Shown in pieces: positions 17,902-26,248 of a DNA stretch of 64,000 nucleotides. The position numbers and the translations under genes are program-made. A model generated the notes under the pieces. That model made no database searches, was not told the origin of the DNA, and worked only from the letters and a program-made list of their open reading frames with translations. Every line of letters begins with the position of its first letter. Position 1 is the first letter of the stretch. The DNA comes from an uncultured Acidimicrobiales bacterium (GTDB taxonomy: Bacteria > Actinomycetota > Acidimicrobiia > Acidimicrobiales > SZUA-35): the NCBI GenBank assembly GCA_938002965.1, contig CALKZY010000017.1:19443-83442 (forward strand), read 5' to 3'.

Positions 17902-20058
17902 CTAGCTTGGCGACTCGTTCAGGAACGTCTTACGAGTCGGCCGGTCGTACGGAGAGCGTAGGGGGAAGCGTTTCACCAATCCCTTGGCTTGGCTCACCCA
18001 CTCGTCTCGCTCGATGCGGCCTGGGAAGGCGTCAATCGCATCAGTTACCTTGGCTACGTCAGCTTTCTTAAAGGCTGACAACTGCTCCCAGGTCTGGATA
18101 CCGAAGCCGTTGAGCGTCTTCTCCATCACCGGACCGATGCCGTTCACGACCTTCAGATCATCTTTGTGAACTGCCCCGGCCGTGCCGAGCTTGGTCGTTC
18201 CACGCTGCCAGTCCGAACCTGAAGGCGGCTTCTTCGACACCTTCTTAACCGCTTTCTTGGCGGCCTTCTTCTTGGCAGGCTTCTTCTTTGCCTTCGGTGC
18301 TGAGGTGTTCTCCCCCGGAACGTGCCCGGCGTCGAGGAGCTTCTGCGCTCCACCCTTCCAATCATCACGTTCAATCCGACCAGGGAAGGCATCGATTGCC
18401 TCGGTGACCTTGTCGACGTCACCCTTGGTGAAGGCTGCCACCTGCTCCCAGGTTTGGATGCCGAAGCTATTCAGCGTCTTCTCCATCACCGGACCGATAC
18501 CGTTGATCCGCTTCAAGTCGTCGCGATGGTTGGCTCCCGGCGTTCCAAGCTTGGTAGTGCCCTGGCGCCATGAGTTGCTCTTGGAGGCTGAACTCTTCGA
18601 TGCTTTCTTGGCCTTTTTCTTCGCCTTGCCAGCAGCCTTTTTGGCATCCTTGGCGTCTCGCTCAGCGTCAGCAAGTTGCTTGCGGAGCTGCTCGATTGTC
18701 CGGTCCCGTGTCGGCACCAGTGCGGCCTTGCGTTCCGCATCAGCCAGTTGCCGGCGCAGATCCTTGGACTGATCGCTCTCGCTCTTCGCTGTAACACGAG
18801 CGGTCTCAAGATCTTTGCTTGTGGTCGTAAGCCTTGACTCGAGGCCAGACACCTTGCTGGCGTCAGCCTTGAACTTGGCCAGCTCCGACTGCAAACCAGC
18901 AACCTTGCCAGCATCAGCCTTCGCCCTAGCCAACTCCGACTGCAAACCAGCAACCTTGCCAGCATCAGCCTTCGCCTTAGCCAACTCAGCCTCAAGACCA
19001 GCAACCTTGCCAGCCTCAGCCCGTGACTTAGCCAACTCAGCCTCAAGACCAGCTGACTTATCAGCCTCTGCCTTGAAACCCTGAATCTGCGACTGCAGAC
19101 CACCAACCTTGCCAGCCTCAGCCTTCGACACGTCCAAGTCCTTAGACAAAGTCGCAACCCGAGCCTCAAGACCAGCAACCTTGCCAGCATCAGCCTTCGC
19201 CTTAGCCAACTCAGCCTCAAGACCAGCAACCTTGCCAGCATCAGCCTTCGCCTTAGCCAACTCAGCCTCAAGACCAGCTGACTTATCAGCCTCTGCCTTG
19301 AAACCCTGAATCTGCGACTGCAGACCACCGACCTTGCCAGCCTCAGCCTTGAACTTCGCCAACTCGGCTTCCAGTCCACCAACCTTGCCAGCATCAGCCT
19401 TCGCCTTAGCCAACTCGGCTTCCAGTCCACCAACCTTGCCAGCATCAGCCTTCGCCTTAGCCAACTCAGCCTCAAGACCAGCAACCTTGCCAGCCTCAGC
19501 CTTGAACTTCGTAAGATCGGCTTGTAGACCGGACACCTTGCCAGCATCAGCCTTTGACACGTCCAAGTCTTTCGACAAAGACGCAACTCGAGCCTCAAGA
19601 CCACCGACCTTGCCAGCCTCAGCCTTGAACTTCGTAAGATCGGCTTGTAGACCGGACACCTTGCCGGCCTCAGCCTTCAGGCTGCTGATTTCGGTCTCAA
19701 GCTCAGAGGTCCGATCAGCCTTGCCGCGAAGGGCGACGACCTGTTGTTCAAGGCCGGGAACCAAGTCGGCTTTCGACTTGAAGCCCTTCAGCTCTGACTC
19801 GAGGCTTGGAACCTTGTCGGCTCGCTGCCGGACTCCATCTAGTTCAAGCTGAATCTCGTCAGCCCTTGTCTCTGCTGTCTTCAGCTCCGTAACCCGACGA
19901 CGTAGTCGATCGGTCTCGGCTTCGCTCTCGAGGCGGATTCGTTCCCGCTCGGCGACTTCGCCACGACGACGCCACCACCACCAAAGCAGTCCGAGTAGCA
20001 ATCCCAGGAGGAAGCACAGCAGCAGTGCCAATGCAATCGTTCCGAATAACCAACCCAT
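17902..20058 (-). CDS. membrane-anchored repeat protein: N-terminal TM, about 20 x 17-residue coiled-coil repeats, two C-terminal Lys-rich plus helix-hairpin-helix-like modules
   Basis: 718 aa. The TM (LFGTIALALLLCFLLGLLLGLLWWWW) is followed by RRRGE. Residues about 78-420 are tandem KA[DE]AGKV[AG]GL[EQ]AELAKA units. Two copies of ...DDLK.[IV]NGIGPVMEKTLN.FGIQTWEQ...FPGRIERD[DE]W follow, each preceded by a KKAKK-type tract. Confidence 0.8.
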   Translation of the reverse strand: MGWLFGTIALALLLCFLLGLLLGLLWWWWRRRGEVAERERIRLESEAETDRLRRRVTELKTAETRADEIQLELDGVRQRADKVPSLESELKGFKSKADLVPGLEQQVVALRGKADRTSELETEISSLKAEAGKVSGLQADLTKFKAEAGKVGGLEARVASLSKDLDVSKADAGKVSGLQADLTKFKAEAGKVAGLEAELAKAKADAGKVGGLEAELAKAKADAGKVGGLEAELAKFKAEAGKVGGLQSQIQGFKAEADKSAGLEAELAKAKADAGKVAGLEAELAKAKADAGKVAGLEARVATLSKDLDVSKAEAGKVGGLQSQIQGFKAEADKSAGLEAELAKSRAEAGKVAGLEAELAKAKADAGKVAGLQSELARAKADAGKVAGLQSELAKFKADASKVSGLESRLTTTSKDLETARVTAKSESDQSKDLRRQLADAERKAALVPTRDRTIEQLRKQLADAERDAKDAKKAAGKAKKKAKKASKSSASKSNSWRQGTTKLGTPGANHRDDLKRINGIGPVMEKTLNSFGIQTWEQVAAFTKGDVDKVTEAIDAFPGRIERDDWKGGAQKLLDAGHVPGENTSAPKAKKKPAKKKAAKKAVKKVSKKPPSGSDWQRGTTKLGTAGAVHKDDLKVVNGIGPVMEKTLNGFGIQTWEQLSAFKKADVAKVTDAIDAFPGRIERDEWVSQAKGLVKRFPLRSPYDRPTRKTFLNESPS
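18799..19827 (-). repeat. in-frame tandem coding repeat array (51-nt unit, 225-nt higher-order unit)
   Basis: Units of 17 codons recur about 20 times. A block of more than 70 nt starting at 19031 is repeated identically starting at 19256, an offset of 225 bp (75 codons). Confidence 0.9.
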
Positions 20059-20138
20059 CTTCTAATTAGCTCCCTTTGTGATGTCGCCGACGTCGGCTCG
20101 TGATTTCGATTTCGTTCTTGTCGTTCGATCTGTCAATG

Positions 20139-21164
20139 TCATGATTGAAGTTCCCAAGCAATGCGACGATTTCGCTGCTTGTCTTCAGGTGTGGCCTCAG
20201 GGTCGATAAGCAGTTCGCTTTCACCCCGGCCTTCCGATGCCAGTCGATCAGCATCGACTTCGCCCGTTTCAACCAGGTAGGCCACTACTGCCACAGCCCG
20301 AGCCTCGCTCAGGGCCTGGTTGGCACCTTCGTCTCCGTCGCTGTCGGTGTGTCCGACGACGAGCAGGTTACCCACCTCAGGGTTGGCGTTGATCATCTCG
20401 GCCGCAGCATCGAGTGTTGCGGTCGATTCGGATCGGATCGTTGCTCTGTTGACATCGAACTCGATCGGTTCCAGCTCGAACAGGTCGTTAAGCGACTGTT
20501 CGATCGGCGCCACGGTGACTCGATCCACCAAATCAAGACCGCCAGCGGTGGCTACCACCGACGCCTGACTGATCCACTCGGTCTTTTGAGCCTCGGACTC
20601 TGCCTCACCGGTGATGACAAGCTCGCCACCTTCACCGACGCTGTCGCCATCAATCGTGAGATTGTCGGTGACGTTGGTCGCTCCGTACTCTGCTTCGGCG
20701 CTACTGACGATTGATTCGCGCGTCGCCTCATCAGGCACCGTGCCATCGAGGACGATGGCTCCTCCGGCAGCTGCTGCGGCCAGACCCATTGGCGCCAGCT
20801 CAATCTCCGGCTCCGGTTCTGGGTCCGGTTCGGGTTCGGGCGCCGGTTCAGCATCGCCCTCTGTGATCCGGTATTCGACGTTGTCGATTTGATCCCGGGA
20901 TCGCACTGCCTGGACCGCTGCATCCTGATTGGCTGCGGGGCCTTCTAGAACTACGTTTAGTCCATCGCCACCAAGGCCATCGAGCCCACGGCCCTGAAGG
21001 CCGACGTAGCTGACGGCCGAGTCAAGCCCTGCTCCTTCTAGTGCTGCCACTGCAGCATCCGCCGCACGGCCTCTCGCAGCGCTGGCCATAATTAGGCCCA
21101 TGATCGCCGCGCAGAGAAGCATGCCGAGCAGTGGCCAAAGCCACCAACTTCGAAAGTTTCGCAT
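20139..21164 (-). CDS. OmpA/MotB-like peptidoglycan-binding protein with BON-like domains and N-terminal TM
   Basis: 341 aa. N-terminal TM is WWLWPLLGMLLCAAIMGLIM, followed by a PEPEPDPEPEPE linker. BON-like segments are present (IVLDGTVPDEATRESIVSSAE...VTDNLTI). The C-terminal OmpA-like domain is LLVVGHTDSDGDEGANQALSEARAVAVVAYL...NRRI. Confidence 0.8.
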   Translation of the reverse strand: MRNFRSWWLWPLLGMLLCAAIMGLIMASAARGRAADAAVAALEGAGLDSAVSYVGLQGRGLDGLGGDGLNVVLEGPAANQDAAVQAVRSRDQIDNVEYRITEGDAEPAPEPEPDPEPEPEIELAPMGLAAAAAGGAIVLDGTVPDEATRESIVSSAEAEYGATNVTDNLTIDGDSVGEGGELVITGEAESEAQKTEWISQASVVATAGGLDLVDRVTVAPIEQSLNDLFELEPIEFDVNRATIRSESTATLDAAAEMINANPEVGNLLVVGHTDSDGDEGANQALSEARAVAVVAYLVETGEVDADRLASEGRGESELLIDPEATPEDKQRNRRIAWELQS

Positions 21165-21414
21165 CTGTACTCCTGCATCTGTTTACCACTCAGGAGACGG
21201 ACGGCCAGCACCAAAAGTCGCGAAGAAACGCCGAGTTAACGGGCGAAACAACGGTGGTTCGATTGATCTAACCCGGGGCACGGGCCGAAACGTCTACCTA
21301 ACGTTTTAGTCGGCAGATCCCCCGCGCGCTATAGAAACACTATTTGCGCGTCTCTGGTGCCCCATGATTCAGGATTCATTACCCGAGATCACTGGGGCAC
21401 CCAACAGAGGGGGG

Positions 21415-22701
21415 CTAGAGGTTGAACACCCGGATGTAGTCCACTTCAAACGTCGCGTGCTTCGACAGCACGCCGGATCCAAGGCCACCGGGTGATCCCC
21501 CGACAGCCAAGTTGATCTTGATCTCGGGAATGGTCTCGTTGAACGGTGCGGGGTAGCCCTGTCTCGTGGCTGCAGAGTCGACGGAGAATGTCTCCCGACC
21601 ATCCATATACCAGGTGAGCTTGCCGCCGTAGCCGTAGTCGAATCGAATGGTATGCCACTCGTCGCTGAAGGGGCCGTCGAGGTAGGCGGGGCGGTTCTGC
21701 AAGGAATGACTGCCCTGTTGATTTGCGTAGTGCATCGAGAACATCGCTCGATTGGGATTCTCTGCTGTCATGACTTCGAGGTAGTCGAGCTCGCCGCCGG
21801 TCGGCCAACCGCCGCCCGCCCAGCTCGATGACCACACGGCTGGCCAGAGCCCTGCCTGGTTTGAAGAATCGGCCACGGTCAGTTTCACCCGAAACTCAAT
21901 GGCTTGGCCGGGGGAGAAAGAGAGCCCACGGCTTCGTACCATGCCGGAGCTCACCGTCCGCTGAGAACCCCCTGGGCATGTGACGGTTTCGTCGGCGGCC
22001 CGAAGGATCAGCTTGCCGGCTTCAACTGCGACGTTGTTCGGCTGGTAGCACTGTCGTTCCCCGTTGCCATCTCCGTAGGTGGAATGCTCTCGAAGCCAGC
22101 GACTGGTGTTGAGCGAATCAAAGCCCTCAAACCACTCACCAGCGCCGCTCGGTGTAGTGGTCGTCGTGGTTGCTGGTCGCAATGTTGTAGACGGAGCGGC
22201 GGTACTCGTCGACCTCGATGTAGTCGTTGTCGTAGCCATGATCGTAGTTGTGGACGGCCACGTGGTTCCGACGGTCGAGGCAGTCGTGGAAGACGACTTC
22301 GATGTGGAGGCGGTGGTCGAAGACCGCTTGGAAGACGTCGTGGGAGACGTCGATGGTGAAACGGGGTCCGTTGTCACCGTTGATGAGACCGGCTCAGACG
22401 TCGTCGTCGACGTCTGACTACTGGTAGAGCTGCCACGGCCGTTGTTCTCTACCACCAGAACGCCGCGCTTGGTTACCCGGTCACGCTGCAGGCCCAACGC
22501 CTTTCCCTTGCCCTTGGGGTTTCGTACGACCTCTGCCGCCGGATCCGTCGCCGCAGACCGCCCGGTCTTGCTGTCGGCCACCCCAATGGAAGTTGCCGTC
22601 ATGGCCCCGATGGCGATGACAAAGCCGAGGACGATAAGCGCCGGCACCGATCGGTACTTCGCAGGTCGCCTTCGACCTCGACCAACTACTCTTCTTGCCA
22701 T
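21415..22701 (-). CDS. glycoside hydrolase family 16 (beta-glucanase/laminarinase-like) with TM anchor and long Thr/Ser linker
   Basis: Catalytic motif is GGELDYLE (ExDxxE). The N-terminal anchor is RSVPALIVLGFVIAIGAM, followed by about 100 aa of S/T-rich linker. Start is set to ATG 22701, preceded by AAGGAG. Confidence 0.8.
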   Translation of the reverse strand: MARRVVGRGRRRPAKYRSVPALIVLGFVIAIGAMTATSIGVADSKTGRSAATDPAAEVVRNPKGKGKALGLQRDRVTKRGVLVVENNGRGSSTSSQTSTTTSEPVSSTVTTDPVSPSTSPTTSSKRSSTTASTSKSSSTTASTVGTTWPSTTTIMATTTTTSRSTSTAAPSTTLRPATTTTTTPSGAGEWFEGFDSLNTSRWLREHSTYGDGNGERQCYQPNNVAVEAGKLILRAADETVTCPGGSQRTVSSGMVRSRGLSFSPGQAIEFRVKLTVADSSNQAGLWPAVWSSSWAGGGWPTGGELDYLEVMTAENPNRAMFSMHYANQQGSHSLQNRPAYLDGPFSDEWHTIRFDYGYGGKLTWYMDGRETFSVDSAATRQGYPAPFNETIPEIKINLAVGGSPGGLGSGVLSKHATFEVDYIRVFNL

Positions 22702-23077
22702 TCTCGGCTCCTTGCCACCGCATGTTCGGTGCTGCCCCGTAAGGCAGACCTCGGTCGGCGCAACCACGCACACCCACCGTCCTCAACAACCGCCTCCGAG
22801 CACCTCAACGCGGGACCCAGAGTGAGCATGACTGCAACCGCCCAGCTCAGTTGAGCTGCCTAGCCAGTCGCTTCATGTCCTCTCTTTTGGAGGGTACGGA
22901 AGGCACCGAGACCCGGCAAGACAAGGATGAGTAAAGATAGCCACAAGGCAGATGCAAAAGGGACCTGAGCGTAGGCCATGCGTCCCACTGCAGCGCCGAG
23001 GGTGGTTCGAACGGACCACAACGACGACGCTCGACATCACCGACTTATGCGGCTGATGACTACCTTTTGGGGAGCAG

Positions 23078-23782
23078 TTAGTCCCGGAGCAACCTGAGGA
23101 TGTACCAGAACATCATCATCAGCGAACCGAAAAGGCTGACCGCTGCACCCACGTAGGCCCAGGCCGGGTATTCCCGGACGATGTTCTGAGTCTGGTAGAG
23201 GATCGACGCCCCGGCCAGCGCAATCATGGCGATTGAGAAGATCGGGCCGAGTTCAAAGCCGAATACCACCGCAGCGATGATGAGGCCGATCGCGGCGATG
23301 CTGCCCCACATAATCAGGGGGCGAAGCGGTGACAGATCGCGTCGCGTGACCATCGCTACTGCCGACAGGGCGGCGAATCCGACGATAGTTATCACCGCAG
23401 CGGTCAAGACCGTCGAGGTACCACCACCGCTGCCATTGAAGAACATGTACAGGAAGGGCGCAAAGATCAGCGCCTCGGCCAAGGCCATGGCGAACAGTGC
23501 CCCGTACTGCGTCCTGGTGTCACCAAGCGAATGGGCTGAGCGGGTAGCTATTGAGCTGACGATGGCAAACCCACCGAGAATCAACAGCCAGGCAAAGCCA
23601 CCTGATCCAGCGACGAAATTGTAGAAGGCCTCGGCTATACCGAGGGTGAAGAGAAGAGCCTCGAAGCCAATGAACGCCGCGACGGCCAAGGCTAAGTGCT
23701 GGTAGACCCTGACCAGAAACGTCGAGCGTGTCTGCTCGTCGGCATTAATAACCGGGGTGCTGGATGTCTGTGCGAATGCCAT
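23078..23782 (-). CDS. Bax inhibitor-1/YccA family membrane protein
   Basis: Seven hydrophobic spans. The N-terminus ...STFLVRVYQHLALAVAAF and the C-terminal charged tail LRLLRD are typical of BI-1/YccA. ATG 23782 is preceded by GGGAGA. Confidence 0.85.
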   Translation of the reverse strand: MAFAQTSSTPVINADEQTRSTFLVRVYQHLALAVAAFIGFEALLFTLGIAEAFYNFVAGSGGFAWLLILGGFAIVSSIATRSAHSLGDTRTQYGALFAMALAEALIFAPFLYMFFNGSGGGTSTVLTAAVITIVGFAALSAVAMVTRRDLSPLRPLIMWGSIAAIGLIIAAVVFGFELGPIFSIAMIALAGASILYQTQNIVREYPAWAYVGAAVSLFGSLMMMFWYILRLLRD

Positions 23783-23942
23783 TTTCCGAATCTCCCTGGC
23801 ATGTGAAGCCGATCGAGGGTCAAAGGCCCAAACCGGCGATGCAACACGCCTCAAAACAGATGTCTGCTTGTTAGAACGCTAGCGGGACCCGATTTGTTCC
23901 AGACGACTTTCGTATTAGCGGGTACCCCGATCTTTTCGCTCA

Positions 23943-25397
23943 TCAATAGATCAGTTGATCGCTGGCCCGCTCGGCCACCGCCATGACAGTCAATTGAGGG
24001 CCGATGAACGGCAAGTCGGGAAGAACTGAGGAGTCTGCCACCACAACGTTAGACAGACCCTCGAACCTGGCCACTCCACCATCGCAATCAGAGGCTGTCC
24101 TCATCCGCAGCGTTCCCGCCAGATGGAAGGTCGGGCCCGGATGCTCACCCATCCAACCCAACAAATCGTCGGCGCTGTTGAGACATTGGCTGTCCGGCTC
24201 AGGCGGTCGACCTCCTGTTGAAGGCCTGGCATTGACTACAGCCAACAGGTCGGACAGTTGCCTCACAGCTTCGCCCATCGTGGCGGCTACCACCTTTGAT
24301 CGAGGCCCCCACTGACACGGCCCGATACTGACAGGTCCCCGGCCGCCGGAAACATCCGTGACCACTCGTCGCGCCGACGACGCCGATGACACCAAGGCCA
24401 GTCCCCTCGCTCGCCTCTCCCCTCGTTCTTCATTAGCAAGTTCACGAGCACCTTCATTGGTAAACGGCCCAATCAGGTGCAGAACCGCCTGACCCGAACC
24501 ATCTCCGATGCAGTCCAAACTGGGCGTCCACCGACAGACTCGACGAACCAACGCACGGTGCCCGACAGGAGTCGAGGAAACGACGCTCGGCCAGTCAAAC
24601 ATCAGTCCAATCGATCCATGGTCGAGAGCCTCGATCTGATCGCCCTCCAACATGCCGGACCTGGCCAGCAGAAGAGGGGTCTGCAACGCTCCCGCACACA
24701 GCACTATCAGGTCGCCGGCCACGAACGCACCATCGGCCAACTCGACACCGGTCGCTCGGCTACCTTCGCGTCGCAGTCGATGCACCGTCGAGTTGGTCAT
24801 CAATTCAAAACACTCCCCCACCCCGGCCAGTTGATCGGCAGTTAGCACTCGGCTGAGCGTGCCCGCCTCGGCGCCTTCGGCCGCCAATGTAGGAATCAAC
24901 AACTTGTCTGACTCGCCACTCAAGGTTGTTGCCGTACCGGCCGTCCCAATCGGAGCAAGCAGTTGGTCGAAGATGAGACTGGACTCGTCCCTCACCTCAA
25001 AGGGTGGGCCGAGACCGCTCAACGCTCGCTTTATCCACGGGTCAAAAGAGTCGAATCCCCAGCCGACACCCCCGGTTTCCGACCAACGGTTCAGCTCAGA
25101 TCTCGAGGGTCTGGCCAAAAGAGCGCCGTTAACCGCCCCTGAGCCGCCGAGCCCACGGCCCTGCCTATAGACGCTCTCATGGCCACCCGACATCTGGGTG
25201 GCGTCGGTCCAAGCCCGATTCTCCGGGCCGGTTTGCTCAACGTCAAGGTGTCGCAGCTCAGCTGGCAGAGGCAGCCCCGGTCCGGCCTCGATAAGGACAA
25301 CCGATCGGCCGCCTTCAGCCAGACGCCGAGCGACAATGCAGCCACTCACTCCCCCGCCGACAACGATGGCGTCGGCCGATCTCAACAATGGCAGCAC
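23943..25397 (-). CDS. GMC family oxidoreductase
   Basis: FAD motif is DAIVVGGGVSGCIVARRLAEGGRSVVLIEAG and the C-terminal active-site region is FHLAGTLRM. A GTG start at 25397 is chosen because the longer ORF overlaps the upstream gene. Confidence 0.75.
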   Translation of the reverse strand: MLPLLRSADAIVVGGGVSGCIVARRLAEGGRSVVLIEAGPGLPLPAELRHLDVEQTGPENRAWTDATQMSGGHESVYRQGRGLGGSGAVNGALLARPSRSELNRWSETGGVGWGFDSFDPWIKRALSGLGPPFEVRDESSLIFDQLLAPIGTAGTATTLSGESDKLLIPTLAAEGAEAGTLSRVLTADQLAGVGECFELMTNSTVHRLRREGSRATGVELADGAFVAGDLIVLCAGALQTPLLLARSGMLEGDQIEALDHGSIGLMFDWPSVVSSTPVGHRALVRRVCRWTPSLDCIGDGSGQAVLHLIGPFTNEGARELANEERGERRARGLALVSSASSARRVVTDVSGGRGPVSIGPCQWGPRSKVVAATMGEAVRQLSDLLAVVNARPSTGGRPPEPDSQCLNSADDLLGWMGEHPGPTFHLAGTLRMRTASDCDGGVARFEGLSNVVVADSSVLPDLPFIGPQLTVMAVAERASDQLIY

Positions 25398-25411
25398 CTC
25401 GCAGGCTGGAT

Positions 25412-26164
25412 TTAGGGCAAACCCAGCGAGCCGAGCAGGACTCGGGTCAAAATGGCGACGGCAACAGCGATCACAAACCCCGCTCCCAGCCAAACAATGC
25501 CGCGACGTCGCAGCGAGCCAGCCGAGGCGAGACGAAGTGGTCCAAATCCAAGATCCCGGACCGCCCATGACGGCTGCAATTGCCGGCCCTTCTCAACGAC
25601 AATCATTTCGCCCGGCGTACCGGGGGTTCTACCGTAGGTCTTTCCCGCCCAGCCGATCAGCCATAGCAACGAGCCGAAAAGGAGCAGAAGCATCGGAACG
25701 AGCTGAATGTACAACCTCGTCAGCTCCCCGAGTCGAGACGAACGGGGATAGACGACGGAGTTGTCACCGGTTGGAAAGAAGATATCAATCTGCTCCCCAA
25801 CGTAAGGGCGAGAGGATGTCAGCGAGCCGCGAGCGGCAACCATCCGTCCCGGCACCTCAGTCAAACGGCCATCCACGGTGAGCGAGCCCGCACAGCGCCA
25901 CTGACCATTATCTCCACCCGATTCGTCACATTGAGCTACCTGGAACGAACCAGCACCCGCGAACTCGGTATCAAATGAAGTCAGAAACCGGATCCGACTG
26001 ACCAAAAGCATCACACTGACGATCAGCAAGGCACCAATGATCACCGGGATCAAGCGACGCCCGTACTCAGCAATTGTCGCCCACGTCGATGCGGCATCGT
26101 CCGGACGGTCCACCACCATAGGTGACCCTGGATCTACTGCAACGACCTCTGCCCCCTTAGACAT
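25412..26164 (-). CDS. hypothetical membrane protein (3 predicted TM spans)
   Basis: 250-aa ORF with hydrophobic spans IPVIIGALLIVSVMLLV, LVPMLLLLFGSLLWLIGW and IVWLGAGFVIAVAVAIL. It is co-directional with and tightly spaced between its neighbours. Confidence 0.5.
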   Translation of the reverse strand: MSKGAEVVAVDPGSPMVVDRPDDAASTWATIAEYGRRLIPVIIGALLIVSVMLLVSRIRFLTSFDTEFAGAGSFQVAQCDESGGDNGQWRCAGSLTVDGRLTEVPGRMVAARGSLTSSRPYVGEQIDIFFPTGDNSVVYPRSSRLGELTRLYIQLVPMLLLLFGSLLWLIGWAGKTYGRTPGTPGEMIVVEKGRQLQPSWAVRDLGFGPLRLASAGSLRRRGIVWLGAGFVIAVAVAILTRVLLGSLGLP

Positions 26165-26248
26165 GCCGAGTAATTGTAGACCCTCTGAGCGGGATGGGCC
26201 AGCACGGCATCCATTCCCACTGGCCGCTGAAGCAACAACAAGAGGCCA

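Noticed and set aside
18799-19827. The tandem repeats considered as a CRISPR array.
   Set aside because: The units are contiguous with no unique spacers, in frame within a 718-aa ORF, and 51 nt long with a higher-order 225-nt structure. No cas genes are present.
18815-19852. Plus-strand ORFs with the repeated peptide LPASAFALANSASRPAT, which might suggest a second repeat protein.
   Set aside because: They are the mirror-frame translation of the minus-strand 51-nt repeat array. They have no independent start or RBS support, and only the minus-strand frame is continuous across the whole gene.
22990-23020. GGTTCGAAC and GGTTCGATT (near 21255) T-loop-like strings, considered as hidden tRNA or tmRNA genes.
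   Set aside because: No acceptor, D or anticodon arms can be drawn around them. At 22995 the loop would be 8 nt rather than the canonical 7.
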